Made by a program: the position numbers and the translations under genes
Assembly (NCBI GenBank): GCA_051531975.1
Contig: JAOPTT010000009.1
Location: 1 to 64,000, forward strand
DNA length: 64,000 bases
Source of the DNA: Spirochaetaceae bacterium
GTDB taxonomy: Bacteria > Spirochaetota > Spirochaetia > DSM-2461
Direction of reading: 5' to 3'
Shown: positions 19,196 through 29,724 of the stretch, one piece after another
Numbering within the stretch: position 1 is the first letter of the stretch
How the letters are laid out: every line of letters begins with the position of its first letter
The notes under the pieces: generated by a model
Told to the model about the DNA's origin: nothing
Databases searched by the model: none
Seen by the model: only the letters and a program-made list of their open reading frames with translations

Positions 19196-19602
19196 ATATA
19201 GAAATAGTTAATAAAAAACCAGCAGTTAATGATTTTAGAGTATTAAGGGTATCAGTAGGTTGGCCTATTCCATCTGAATCAGAAATTGAAACCGGCTTAA
19301 ATAATAGTACTTACATCGTAATTGCCATAGATAACAATAAAACAGTTGGGATGTGTCGTCTCGTTGGAGATTCTAGTTTTATGTTTCTAATTGCCGACCT
19401 GATTGTATTACCAAGTTACCAGGGTAAGGGTATTGGTAAAAAGTTGATGGAGGATGTTATATCTCACTTAAAAGTTAATTATTCTTCAGTATCTGCAATT
19501 TCATTGATGTCTGCAAAAGGTAAAGAGGGCTTTTATGAAAAGCTAGGTTTCATCTCCAGACCAACTGATATATATGGATGTGGGATGATGTTAGAAATAT
19601 AG
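19192..19602 (+). CDS. GNAT family N-acetyltransferase
   Basis: VLPSYQGKGIG, GFYEKLGF. Confidence 0.9.
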   Translation: MNIEIVNKKPAVNDFRVLRVSVGWPIPSESEIETGLNNSTYIVIAIDNNKTVGMCRLVGDSSFMFLIADLIVLPSYQGKGIGKKLMEDVISHLKVNYSSVSAISLMSAKGKEGFYEKLGFISRPTDIYGCGMMLEI

Positions 19603-19632
19603 TTAAACTCTTACACAGTTAGAAGCTACTCA

Positions 19633-19713
19633 TAAATATAGTCAACACTTTGAACGAGCATTCAAAGTATTGACTATATTTAATTATAATATTAACTTGA
19701 ACGTACATTCAAG
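19633..19713. promoter_or_regulatory. Long inverted repeat and two TTGAA-N6-TTCAA boxes (candidate TetR operators)
   Basis: 22-bp arms with one mismatch (19633-19682); boxes at 19650-19665 and 19697-19712. Confidence 0.7.
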
Positions 19714-19731
19714 AATTAAAAAGGAAATTAA

Positions 19732-20382
19732 ATGTTACTACAAGAACAGATCAATGAAAAAAAACTAGAGAACCTATCAAAGATTTCTGAAGAAGATAAA
19801 ATCGTTCTATTTTCTGATGCAGAGAGATTAGCAAAATCAGATATATTAGATTCGGCACCAAAAATTGGGGATAAGTTAGAAGATTTTTATATGCTAAATC
19901 ATATAGGTGAATATAAAGATCTAGATTCGATATTAGAAGATGGACCTGCAGTTATAACTTTCTATAGAGGAGGTTGGTGCCCATATTGTAATTTAGAGCT
20001 ACATGCATACCAAGAGATGTTACCAGAAATAAAAGCTTTAGGAGCAACACTAATTGCTATTACACCTGAAGTCCCAGATGCATCTTTAACAACTACAGAA
20101 TAACTAGACCTAGAGTTTGAAATCTTATCTGATATAAATTCAGATTATATAAACAAAATAGGGCTTAGTTTTACATTGTCTCCTGAGATGGTCGAAGTAT
20201 ATAAAGGATTTGGTATTGAACTTGATGAATATAATGGTGAAGGACAACTTGATTTACCATTTGCAGCAACACTAATTGTTGATACAGAAGGTACTGTTGC
20301 ATACTCTTATGTAGATACAGATTATACTGTGAGAGCAGAACCAACTGAAGTATTAAGAGAATTAAAAGCACTAGTAGAATAA
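19732..20382 (+). pseudogene. Peroxiredoxin-like (AhpC/TSA) gene interrupted by an in-frame TAA
   Basis: FYRGGWCPYC; stop at 20101-20103 is followed in frame by LDLEFEILSD...DYTVRAEP. Confidence 0.8.
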
Positions 20383-20404
20383 ATATATATTTAGGAGAAA
20401 TAAA

Positions 20405-21031
20405 ATGAAAATTGAGATATGGTCAGATTATGTATGCCCCTTTTGTTACATCGGGGAGAGAAAACTTATACAGGCTTTAACAAAAACAGGTAAAACTGAT
20501 GAAGTTGAAATAATTTTTAACTCATTTGAATTAAACCCAAATGCTGAGAAAAGTTATGATGTTGGTATTAATCAGCTACTGGCAGATAAATATGGTATGA
20601 GTATTGAAAGAGCAGAAGAGAGTAATAGACATATAATTCAGGCGGCAAAAAATCTTGGATTAGAGTTTAACTTTGAAAACCTTAAACCAACTAATACGTT
20701 TGATGCCCACAGGGTCTCTTTTTATGCTAAGTCTGTCGGGAAATTAAAAGAATATACTGAAGTTGTAATGAGAAGTTATTTTACCGATTCATTAAATATT
20801 TCAGACTTTAACGTTATTACAACTATTGCAAAAGAAGTTGGACTCGATGTTAACAAAGTTCTAGAAATCCTGAACTCTGAAGAGTTTACAGATCAAGTTA
20901 GAGCAGATGAAAAAAGTGCATATGAAAAGAATATTTCTGGTGTTCCTTATTTCCTGTTTAATGGTAAGGATGCTATTTCTGGGGCACAAGATGTTAGTGT
21001 CTTTGTAGATTTAATTAATAAAATTGGCTAA
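20405..21031 (+). CDS. DsbA/FrnE family oxidoreductase
   Basis: WSDYVCPFCYIG, NTFDAHR, GVPYF, SGAQ. Confidence 0.92.
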   Translation: MKIEIWSDYVCPFCYIGERKLIQALTKTGKTDEVEIIFNSFELNPNAEKSYDVGINQLLADKYGMSIERAEESNRHIIQAAKNLGLEFNFENLKPTNTFDAHRVSFYAKSVGKLKEYTEVVMRSYFTDSLNISDFNVITTIAKEVGLDVNKVLEILNSEEFTDQVRADEKSAYEKNISGVPYFLFNGKDAISGAQDVSVFVDLINKIG

Positions 21032-21035
21032 TAAC

Positions 21036-21051
21036 TTGAATGACTACTCAA
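21036..21051. promoter_or_regulatory. Third TTGAA-N6-(T/C)TCAA box, upstream of TetR
   Basis: TTGAATGACTACTCAA resembles the boxes at 19650 and 19697. Confidence 0.55.
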
Positions 21052-21089
21052 TTAGAACCGTATATAATAGAAATTATAAGGAATAATTT

Positions 21090-21650
21090 ATGACTAAAGC
21101 ACAATTTAATAGAGAAGATGTAATTCAAAAAACCATAGAACTCTTTTGGTTATATGGATACAGTGGTGCTTCTATGCAACAAGTAGTTAAAGCAACAGGG
21201 TTAAAACCTGGTTCAATATATTTAGCATTTGGTAGTAAAGAAGGTCTTTTTCGTGAAGCATTAGAGAGCTATTCTAAAAAGTCTTTATTAGAAATGGTTG
21301 TTGTTATGGATGGTGAAAAAACCGTTGGTGAGGGTATTTGTAAAATACTTAGGCAGCTAATAGATAACTCATCAAAAGAGGAATATAGTAGTTGCTTTTT
21401 ACTCAAAACCCAACTGGAACTTGGATATAACGGTACAGATCTAGACGATTTAGCAGGTTACCTTTTAAATGAGAGAGAAGTTATATTTCAGTATTATTTG
21501 GGGAAAGAATACGATGTCGATTTAAGTAAAAGTAGAGCAATTAGTATTATGCTTCATGTTTATGGTCTACTGGCATATGGTTATCAAAAGAAGTCCCCTG
21601 AGAGTATGTTATCTGGTTTAAAAGAAGGCCTACCATGGTTACCTTGGTAA
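21090..21650 (+). CDS. TetR/AcrR family regulator
   Basis: LFWLYGYSGASM...GSIYLAFGSKEGLF HTH. Confidence 0.92.
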   Translation: MTKAQFNREDVIQKTIELFWLYGYSGASMQQVVKATGLKPGSIYLAFGSKEGLFREALESYSKKSLLEMVVVMDGEKTVGEGICKILRQLIDNSSKEEYSSCFLLKTQLELGYNGTDLDDLAGYLLNEREVIFQYYLGKEYDVDLSKSRAISIMLHVYGLLAYGYQKKSPESMLSGLKEGLPWLPW

Positions 21651-21691
21651 TAATAAAATTTTCAGATAAAAAAGTTATTTAAAGAGGTTCT

Positions 21692-22387
21692 ATGAAAACA
21701 ATTGGTCTATTAGGTGGTATGAGCTGGGAAAGCACAGTCGGGTATTACACAGCTATAAACATGGGGATTAAAAACTCTTTAGGAGGTCTACATTCTGCTG
21801 AAATTGCTATGTATAGTGTCGATTTTGATCCTATTGAAAAGTTACAACACAATGGAGACTGGGACGGTACAGCAAAGATCTTAGGAGAAGCTGCAAAGAA
21901 TATAGAATCAGCAGGTGCTGACTTTTTACTTATATGTACAAATACGATGCACAAAGTTGCCCCTGAAATTGAGAGATCAATAAATATTCCAATACTTCAT
22001 ATAGCTGATGCAACTGCTGAAGTTCTGATTAAAAAAGGTATAAGAACTGTTGGTCTGTTAGGGACATCTTTTACTATGGAGCAGGACTTTTATAAAGGAA
22101 GATTAACTAAAAACTTTGGTTTAGATGTTTTGATTCCTAATAAGGAGGATCGAAGTATAATACATAATGTAATTTACAATGAACTCTGTTTAGGTAAGGC
22201 ACTTACTAGTTCTAAATCTGAATTTCTAAGAATAATAACTTTATTAAGAAACCAAGGAGCAGAGGCTGTCATACTTGGTTGTACTGAAATTGGAATGTTA
22301 GTAAGTCAGGCAGATACAGATGTCACACTATTAGATACAACATATATTCATGCAGAAAAAGCAGTTGAATATGCTTTGTCAGATTGA
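21692..22387 (+). CDS. Aspartate/glutamate racemase family (YgeA/RacX-like)
   Basis: GGMSWEST, CTNTMH, LGCTEI. Confidence 0.92.
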   Translation: MKTIGLLGGMSWESTVGYYTAINMGIKNSLGGLHSAEIAMYSVDFDPIEKLQHNGDWDGTAKILGEAAKNIESAGADFLLICTNTMHKVAPEIERSINIPILHIADATAEVLIKKGIRTVGLLGTSFTMEQDFYKGRLTKNFGLDVLIPNKEDRSIIHNVIYNELCLGKALTSSKSEFLRIITLLRNQGAEAVILGCTEIGMLVSQADTDVTLLDTTYIHAEKAVEYALSD

Positions 22388-22405
22388 TGTAAAAAGAGGC
22401 CTATA

Positions 22406-22825
22406 TTGGTAATTATTAAAAACGCAGAATTAAATACAACTGATTATGAACAATTTAAAAAGATGGTTTTAGACAAATGGGGCACAGTTGAGCAGTTAGC
22501 TGACAATGAGGATCTATATCAACTCCCGATGCCACTATTAGCTTATTATAATATTCGATTAGCAGGTGGATTATCTTTTAGTCATTATAAAAGTCCTGAA
22601 AAAGATGTTGATTCTATATGGATAAATACGGTTTATATTGACCAAAAATATCGAAGAAAAGGCATTGCTAGTTTATTAATAATTAAGGCAGAAGAGGTTT
22701 TGAAATCAACTGAATCAGAGATATTTGTTTTTACTGATAAACCAAACCTATACAAAAAATTAGGATGGGAAATTGTTAGTCAAAAGGAAAAAGACTTTGT
22801 ATTAAAAAGGTCTTTACTTCCATGA
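22406..22825 (+). CDS. GNAT family N-acetyltransferase
   Basis: YRRKGIA, LYKKLGW. Confidence 0.85.
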   Translation: MVIIKNAELNTTDYEQFKKMVLDKWGTVEQLADNEDLYQLPMPLLAYYNIRLAGGLSFSHYKSPEKDVDSIWINTVYIDQKYRRKGIASLLIIKAEEVLKSTESEIFVFTDKPNLYKKLGWEIVSQKEKDFVLKRSLLP

Positions 22826-22990
22826 GTTCCAATTAGAACAAACTAAAATTTAAACATTATTGGCTATAATTGAATATAATTTTTTGGCATAAATAGTCTT
22901 TTTAGTTTGATTTATACCCTGAAACACTCCTAAAGTGGACTTTTAATGAAAACTGGAAATCTAATAACTGAATAATTAAAATTGACTAAT

Positions 22991-23024
22991 TTGACAGATT
23001 AATACCTACCATTTACTATAAATC
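22991..23024 (+). promoter_or_regulatory. Sigma70 promoter abutting the start codon (leaderless-type)
   Basis: TTGACA(22991)-17 bp-TACTAT(23014-23019)-5 nt-ATG, no SD. Confidence 0.65.
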
Positions 23025-23972
23025 ATGAATAAAAAAATACTAACAGTTACATTAAATCCAGCTATCGATTTTACTATTGAAGTACCAAATTTTTCTATAG
23101 ATTCTGTTAACAGAGCAGTACGAAGTAGAAGAGATCCTGGAGGGAAAGGCATAAATGTTGCTACAGCACTATCTGCAGGTGGAATAGAGACTTTTGTTAC
23201 AGGTTTTCTTGGAAACGATAACAAAGATATATTTTTAAATCATTTTAAAGAAAATTCAATTTTAGATAACTTTTTATATGTAGAGGGTTCCACCCGTGAG
23301 GGAATTAAAGTTGCCGATACAGAAAATGAAATTACTACAGATATTAATTTTAATGGTATCGAATTAAATCAGAAAGATATCAATCAGTTTATTTGTAATT
23401 TTCAGGAATTAATTAAAGGGTATGACTATGTGGTTTTATCTGGAAGTTTGCCTAAAAACGTACCCACATCTATTTATGGTATGTTGGCTGGAATAGCACA
23501 AAAAGAGGATATCTTTGTTGCGATAGATACCAGTAGAGAAAGTCTATTGTCTAGTATAAATTCAGGTAAAATAAATTTAATTAAACCAAATATTGATGAG
23601 CTATCTGAAATCTATCCAGAAATAGAACATGCAGATGATAAAGAGGCTGCAGTAGATAAGTTAGCAATTAGATTATTGAATAAAGTTGAAATGATTGCTC
23701 TATCGTTAGGAGAAAAAGGAAGTAAACTTTATACGAGAGATGGTATATATAAAGCAAATGCTCCAAAAATAAGTATTAAAAGTACTGTAGGTGCAGGCGA
23801 TACATTTTTAGCCGGTTTTATTTCAGGATTAATGCATGAGAAACCAATTGAAGACGTATTAAAAACTGCCGTAAGTTGGGCCGCCTCTAAACTTACTATG
23901 TATGGACCAGGATTGTCTAAAGAACAGCCTCCACAGCAGTTTTTTGAGGATATATCAGTAGAAAGAATGTAA
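23025..23972 (+). CDS. pfkB: 1-phosphofructokinase family hexose kinase
   Basis: TLNPAID, GGKGINVA, SGSLP, KPN, STVGAGDTF. Confidence 0.9.
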   Translation: MNKKILTVTLNPAIDFTIEVPNFSIDSVNRAVRSRRDPGGKGINVATALSAGGIETFVTGFLGNDNKDIFLNHFKENSILDNFLYVEGSTREGIKVADTENEITTDINFNGIELNQKDINQFICNFQELIKGYDYVVLSGSLPKNVPTSIYGMLAGIAQKEDIFVAIDTSRESLLSSINSGKINLIKPNIDELSEIYPEIEHADDKEAAVDKLAIRLLNKVEMIALSLGEKGSKLYTRDGIYKANAPKISIKSTVGAGDTFLAGFISGLMHEKPIEDVLKTAVSWAASKLTMYGPGLSKEQPPQQFFEDISVERM

Positions 23973-23979
23973 GACTGAA

Positions 23980-26022
23980 TCAGATCAGATCTTTGTAGAT
24001 ATCCATTAAGTTCTTTCTGATCTGGTTCATTTCTTGACCAATTACAGACTGTCTAAAAAGTTTGTTTTCTAAAAATGAGATGGTTATAGTAGAAAGCAGT
24101 TTTCTATAAACATCAGGACATGGATCTGGTGCGACCATATATATCATTCTTGGAGTTTTACTATCATTAAACTTTAGAATTCCAGCCTTTGGAATTTCAG
24201 TAGATGTTGATTTACAGTGTAAAACACGTATTCCATACTCTTCAAAAAATAGAGGCCCAATATCTTCTCTCTTTTTAAATGAATTAGAAAGTTCTTCATA
24301 ATCTTCGTTAGTTTGAGTAATCCTATTCGATAATTCCTTAATAATATCGTTATGATCATCCATCATTTCAAATGTAAACATATTAAAAGATTGGATAAAA
24401 TTAATAACTAGATCGAAGGACATTGTCTCTTTTATGTTTATACTTTTGGTTTCTATTATTTCCCTAAATGGAGGGTTTTGATCTTTTAGATTATTAATAG
24501 AGTTATTAATTTCATCTAATAAAATCTCTTTATTTAGAGGTAATTTAATTGGGATAACAGGCACTGACATATTTAATGGATATGTTGATATTATTAATTC
24601 AATTCCATTTTTATCAATATATTCTTGATCAATTTTATTAACTGCAGTAGCTTCAACTATTTTTATGTTCTTTAAATCTCTTTGTAATACTGTTTGCAAA
24701 TAAGATGCTAGACCAATACCTTCAAAACAACAAACAACTGTTCTTAGTTTATGTTCTGGAATATCATTTTTGTTCAGAATAAGAGAGTGAAAATGCAATA
24801 AAATATTTTCAAGATCACGCTTTTCTACATCTAAACCAAAATGCTTTTTAATTAGAATTATTAATGCGACTTCTTTTTTCTCATTGTTCCACTCTTCATT
24901 TGCTGAGTGTCCCCACTCACCATGCCAGTAAGGAACTTTATAATTTAACCTTAAAATTAAAGTTGCTAAAGCCATATTTATAACAGCTTCTATATGTTCA
25001 TTTAGATAATACATTCGATTATCTATAGTACTAAATTCTTTTATCATGTTTTGGGTTAATTTTTTAATTGGTTTCGAAATTATATCTTTAAAGTCTTCGG
25101 TTCTTACAGAACCTAAATCGCCAATTTCAAGGATCTGTAAAAAGATCCCAAGGATCTTCACTTCCTCTTCAGGAATTATTCCGATATAAACATTACCAAC
25201 TAATTTATTAAGAGTTTTTTCACTAATTTTATGGAATTTCTTTATACAGTTATTGTTTACTTCCTCGCTAATTATTGCTCCAGATTTAATTCTATGTAGA
25301 GTTAGCTGAAAATAAAAATACAATAAAGCCTCACCGGACATTGTAAAATGATAACCAAGGTTTAGATTCAGATCTTTAATCAGATCTGTCATTCTACTGT
25401 TACTTTCTGGTATATTCATTCTCTTCATTAATAGACGGAACTGATTAACTTCAAGGGATGAATTAGAACTCTCTTTTACCTGGTAAAGATATGGGATTAT
25501 TGTATTTGAGGTGAAAGCTTCTGTTAAAGTTGTTAAAAAATAGAGACGGATAGCTATCTCACTACCTGTTAATCTAATCCCTACACCTTTTAGCCTCACT
25601 ATTTTAAAATCTAGGTGCTGTATGTTTTTTTCAATCTGGTTAAGATCGTTCCATACCGATGTATCACTAATAAAAAATGTTCCAGCAAGCTCAGTTATTT
25701 TAATCTCTCTATTATGATAGAGCATATAAATTAAAATATGTTTTTGTCTCTGTGCCGGAGAAATTGTTTCTAGATGTGTAGTAGGTTTATTTAATAGATC
25801 TAGAAGATTTTCTAGACTATTACTAAAACCTAATACTCGAATCCCATGATTTTGTTTTCTTTCTAACCTTGATCCCCTTATAGAGAGCCATTTATCAAGA
25901 ATATCTAAATCACGGGAGACTGTTCTTCTGCCAATAGAAAATGTTTCTGCTAAGTGATCAATTAAAATTAGATCCCTATTAATGAGCATATATCTTAACA
26001 TTTGTCTTTGGCGTTCTTTCAT
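23980..26022 (-). CDS. PRD/PTS-regulated transcriptional regulator (MtlR/BglG-like)
   Basis: Two N-terminal HTHs, EIIB-like CFEGIGLAS, C-terminal EIIA-like KRED...VLHC. Confidence 0.8.
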   Translation of the reverse strand: MKERQRQMLRYMLINRDLILIDHLAETFSIGRRTVSRDLDILDKWLSIRGSRLERKQNHGIRVLGFSNSLENLLDLLNKPTTHLETISPAQRQKHILIYMLYHNREIKITELAGTFFISDTSVWNDLNQIEKNIQHLDFKIVRLKGVGIRLTGSEIAIRLYFLTTLTEAFTSNTIIPYLYQVKESSNSSLEVNQFRLLMKRMNIPESNSRMTDLIKDLNLNLGYHFTMSGEALLYFYFQLTLHRIKSGAIISEEVNNNCIKKFHKISEKTLNKLVGNVYIGIIPEEEVKILGIFLQILEIGDLGSVRTEDFKDIISKPIKKLTQNMIKEFSTIDNRMYYLNEHIEAVINMALATLILRLNYKVPYWHGEWGHSANEEWNNEKKEVALIILIKKHFGLDVEKRDLENILLHFHSLILNKNDIPEHKLRTVVCCFEGIGLASYLQTVLQRDLKNIKIVEATAVNKIDQEYIDKNGIELIISTYPLNMSVPVIPIKLPLNKEILLDEINNSINNLKDQNPPFREIIETKSINIKETMSFDLVINFIQSFNMFTFEMMDDHNDIIKELSNRITQTNEDYEELSNSFKKREDIGPLFFEEYGIRVLHCKSTSTEIPKAGILKFNDSKTPRMIYMVAPDPCPDVYRKLLSTITISFLENKLFRQSVIGQEMNQIRKNLMDIYKDLI

Positions 26023-27734
26023 TTAAGTAGATCCCTCTCACTTAAAAATCTAGATAACCTGGCTTTAATTCCTTCTGTTGTTGGGATCCTTAAAATCTCT
26101 TTTACAAGTTCTCTCGCTTCTGAAGCATTAATCTTTCTAATGATTTTTTTCATCTTCAAAAGAGAAGCTGCATTAGTACTTAACTCTTCTACTCCAAGAC
26201 CTACAAAAAATGGAAGAGCTAATGTATTACCTGCAAATTCTCCACAAATCCCGTTTAGTTTGCCTTTTTTATTAGCCTTTTTTATTACATGGGCTATGGA
26301 TCTTAAAACAGCAGGATGAAATTCGTCATAATATTCGCTCATTAACGGATTCCCTCTGTCAGCAGCCAATGTATATTGGGTTAAGTCATTTGTCCCAATA
26401 CTAACAAAGTCTACAGCATCTAATATCTCTTCTATAAGCTGTACTGCAGCAGGAGTTTCTACCATTACACCAAGGGATAAATTATCTGGACCCTTCCAAT
26501 CTAATGCTTTTTTCTCTTCTTCAATTAAAACTCTTACCCTCTCTATAGGTTTTAAAGAGCCAATCATAGGAATCATCATTCCAACAGGGCCATCTACACT
26601 TGCATTTAGAAGTGCTTGAATTTGAGTTCGTAAAATATCCTCTTTCTGGAAAAGTAGTCTAATTCCTCTAATCCCTAGAAATGGATTATCCTCTTTGGGA
26701 AGTGGCCAGTAGGGTAGGGGTTTGTCCGCACCTGTATCTAATAATCTGATAATTACCATATTACCATTCATAGCTTTTACTGCTGTTTTGTAAACTTCAG
26801 TTTGTCTAGCTAAGGAAGGGCTACTCATTGTTTCCATAAAAAGAAATTCAGATCTAAAGAGTCCAATACCATCGGCTTTATACTTAACGGCATTCTTAAT
26901 ATCTCCAGTACCACCAACATTTGCATATAGACCCATTTTTTGATTATCAAGTGTAACTGCAGGGAGATCTAATAACTCTAAAAGTTCAGCTCTCTCTTTT
27001 TTATTCTTTTTATCTCTTTTATCAAGTTCCTTAATTATAATATCTTCAGGATTTATCCACATCTCTCCACTATCACCGTCTATAAAAATAGTATCAGTAT
27101 CATTTAGAGTTTCTGATAAATCTTGATCCCCAAGTATTATTGCTGGTATTTCTAAGGATCTTGCAATAATTGCTGCATGGGAATTTTTACCTCCGGTTTG
27201 AACAATAAAACCTTTAACCTTAGTCATATCAAGTGATGCAGTTTGTGATGGAGTTAATTCATGAGCTACTATAATTGCATTAGAAGGAAGAGGTTTTTCA
27301 GCACCAGAAGAACCTTGGATTCCTTTGATTAGTTGCCTACCTATATCTCTAATATCATGGGCTCTCTCTCTCATGTACTCGTCATCAAGTTCTTCCATAT
27401 CTTTTGCATTTAGTTCTGCAAATATATCAGAGGCTTTGTCTGCATGCACTAGTTGTTCTGTTATAATTCCAATTACTTCATCTTCAACATCTTCGGAGCT
27501 AAGAATTTCTAAATGCCCTTCAAATATTTCAGCTTTATCCTCTCCAAGTTCAACTCGGACTTTTTTTATCAGACTTGCAAGTTCTTTTTCAGCTCTGACT
27601 CGACCATCCTTAAATCTTTGAATCTCGTGTTTTACTTCATCTTGAGTTATTTTTTTATCTGAAACACTCTGTTTTGCATCTAACATGTAGACATTTCCAG
27701 AAGATATTCCACTGGATACTGGTATACCTAACAT
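26019..27734 (-). CDS. ptsI: PTS enzyme I
   Basis: GGKNSHAAI, GIGLFRSEFLF, EDNPFLGIRGIR, SIGTNDLTQY, GICGE. Confidence 0.96.
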   Translation of the reverse strand: MLGIPVSSGISSGNVYMLDAKQSVSDKKITQDEVKHEIQRFKDGRVRAEKELASLIKKVRVELGEDKAEIFEGHLEILSSEDVEDEVIGIITEQLVHADKASDIFAELNAKDMEELDDEYMRERAHDIRDIGRQLIKGIQGSSGAEKPLPSNAIIVAHELTPSQTASLDMTKVKGFIVQTGGKNSHAAIIARSLEIPAIILGDQDLSETLNDTDTIFIDGDSGEMWINPEDIIIKELDKRDKKNKKERAELLELLDLPAVTLDNQKMGLYANVGGTGDIKNAVKYKADGIGLFRSEFLFMETMSSPSLARQTEVYKTAVKAMNGNMVIIRLLDTGADKPLPYWPLPKEDNPFLGIRGIRLLFQKEDILRTQIQALLNASVDGPVGMMIPMIGSLKPIERVRVLIEEEKKALDWKGPDNLSLGVMVETPAAVQLIEEILDAVDFVSIGTNDLTQYTLAADRGNPLMSEYYDEFHPAVLRSIAHVIKKANKKGKLNGICGEFAGNTLALPFFVGLGVEELSTNAASLLKMKKIIRKINASEARELVKEILRIPTTEGIKARLSRFLSERDLLK

Positions 27735-27735
27735 A

Positions 27736-27996
27736 TTAATCCTCCAGGTTTAAAAGAAATTCTTTTACATGAGATAAAGCTTCGACTTCATCAGATCCTT
27801 CGCATATTAATTCTAACTTACTGTTTTGACTAATTCCTAGTTTCATAAGTTTTAAAAGGCTTTTAGCATTTGCTTCTTTTTCACTAAAAACTATTTTTAT
27901 ATCTGATTCAAACTTTTTTGCTTCTGTGGCTAATCTTTTAGCAGGTCTTGTATGAAGTCCTGTTGGATTATTCATAGTTATTATCTCTTTGATCAT
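27736..27996 (-). CDS. ptsH: HPr phosphocarrier
   Basis: GLHTRPA, ANAKSL; TAATG overlap places the start at 27996. Confidence 0.92.
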   Translation of the reverse strand: MIKEIITMNNPTGLHTRPAKRLATEAKKFESDIKIVFSEKEANAKSLLKLMKLGISQNSKLELICEGSDEVEALSHVKEFLLNLED

Positions 27997-29255
27997 TAGA
28001 TTTTTTCTCCATTTGCTAAGATATAGTTTTCTGCTTCGACACTCCACATCCCATTATTATTATTAACCATTATCGCTAGCTCTTTAAAAAACTTTGATTC
28101 TGATTTTTTACTTTCTAAATCATCAAGTGCAACTAAAGGAAGTGATATACCTGTGTAAATTAATTTTTTACCACCTGGTATTTTAGGTAAATTGAGTGTT
28201 GCATCAGCTACAGCATTTAACCCACCAATATGAGTAACTAGAACTTCAGGAGATAGAAGACCATGTTCCATTAAAGTTAAAGCTTCCTTCATATCATCTA
28301 CATTTCCACCTGTAGTTCCCATTATATGTTTTTCCATGTAATGCACATCAAAATAATTTATTTTAGCAGAAAACTTTTCATCAGTTGGACCTGCAAAGAA
28401 GTTAAGACAACCATTAAATCCTAAAAGACTTTCACCAAACTCTAATGCTTCTGCAAACGGAATCATAACAAGCATATCATCAAAACCACTGTTGTCAGTT
28501 AATTTCATTATAGAACTATAAGCATTATCTAACTCTCCAGTATTTATAAACAGTAGAGAAATTCCGCGTTCTTCAGCGACTTTACCAAAAATAGATTGTG
28601 CTCTGTTTAATCGATCATTATTAAGGTCTGTTACTACTAATTGTTTAGGTCTAAACTCTCCAGAAAGAGCATAATCAATAGCTGCTAATCCCATAGGACC
28701 ACATCCACCAATAATCGCCATTCGGCCACCTTCTTTAATTCCAAGGTAGTGGTTATGTTTACTTCTATCAGTTCTGTATAAAGATCTACAAGCACCTATA
28801 ACACATGAATATGGTTCTGAAAGAGCTGCGTTGAAATAACCTTCTCCTTTAAATGGTAAAAGACAATCCATTATCATTACTTCTGGAGGTATAATCATGT
28901 ATGTTGCATCTCCACCACAATATTTATAGGAATAACCTGGGGAATCCATAGATCCTTTATAATTTATTGCTGGTTGCATTGAGAATTTTTGACCAACACT
29001 GTATTTTTTAGACCATTTTTCTCCAATTTCTAATATTTCACCTGATAACTCATGACCAATTATAATTGGATTATCTGCAACATCGTCTGGGACTCTTTTA
29101 TGATCTTCCCCTAAAAATGCAGCTTTATATGAACTCATACATAGGCTATCTGCAAATACTTTTACTAATATTTCATCTTCTTTTATATTTGGAAGTTCAA
29201 ACTCTTCCATTCTTAAATCCATTTTTCCGTATAATCTTACAGCTGTTGTTTTCAT
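27996..29255 (-). CDS. Zn-dependent polyol-phosphate dehydrogenase, SorE/YggP-like
   Basis: DSLCMSSYKA, IIIGHE, EPYSCVIG, GGCGPMG, IPGGKKLIY. Confidence 0.85.
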   Translation of the reverse strand: MKTTAVRLYGKMDLRMEEFELPNIKEDEILVKVFADSLCMSSYKAAFLGEDHKRVPDDVADNPIIIGHELSGEILEIGEKWSKKYSVGQKFSMQPAINYKGSMDSPGYSYKYCGGDATYMIIPPEVMIMDCLLPFKGEGYFNAALSEPYSCVIGACRSLYRTDRSKHNHYLGIKEGGRMAIIGGCGPMGLAAIDYALSGEFRPKQLVVTDLNNDRLNRAQSIFGKVAEERGISLLFINTGELDNAYSSIMKLTDNSGFDDMLVMIPFAEALEFGESLLGFNGCLNFFAGPTDEKFSAKINYFDVHYMEKHIMGTTGGNVDDMKEALTLMEHGLLSPEVLVTHIGGLNAVADATLNLPKIPGGKKLIYTGISLPLVALDDLESKKSESKFFKELAIMVNNNNGMWSVEAENYILANGEKI

Positions 29256-29259
29256 ATCT

Positions 29260-29715
29260 TTATTCCTGATTTCCCAAAATTTCTATAATTTGATCTACAG
29301 TAGTAGCCTCTACTATTTTTTTTACTAAGTCTTCGTCATCACATAGATCTGCTATTTGACATATAGCTGTTTCGTTATGCGCTTTTACATCCGGTGCTGC
29401 CATAAATATTAAAAAGTTTATTGGATCATTGTCCGGATCTTTAAAAACTACTGGTGTTTTTAAGGTAACTATTCCATAACCTAGAGCTAATGCTCCCTCT
29501 TCTGGTCGTGCGTGGGGCATAGCGATTCCAGGTGCAATAACAATATATGGCCCATTTACTTTACATTTCTTAATAATAATTTCTAGATATTCCTGTGTTG
29601 CTGCACCCCTATTAACAAGGACTTGACCACCTTGTAAGATGGCCTCTTCCCAGCTGTTAACTTCAAGGGCACAGATTATAGCTTTCTCTTTTATTATATA
29701 ATCTGTGAATCCCAT
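29260..29715 (-). CDS. PTS EIIA component (fructose/mannitol family)
   Basis: GPYIVIAPGIAMPHARPE. Confidence 0.9.
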   Translation of the reverse strand: MGFTDYIIKEKAIICALEVNSWEEAILQGGQVLVNRGAATQEYLEIIIKKCKVNGPYIVIAPGIAMPHARPEEGALALGYGIVTLKTPVVFKDPDNDPINFLIFMAAPDVKAHNETAICQIADLCDDEDLVKKIVEATTVDQIIEILGNQE

Positions 29716-29724
29716 TTTTATCTC

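Noticed and set aside
20101..20103. Recoding (selenocysteine or pyrrolysine) at the internal stop of the peroxiredoxin-like gene
   Set aside because: The codon is TAA, not TGA or TAG, and lies away from the intact CPYC active site.
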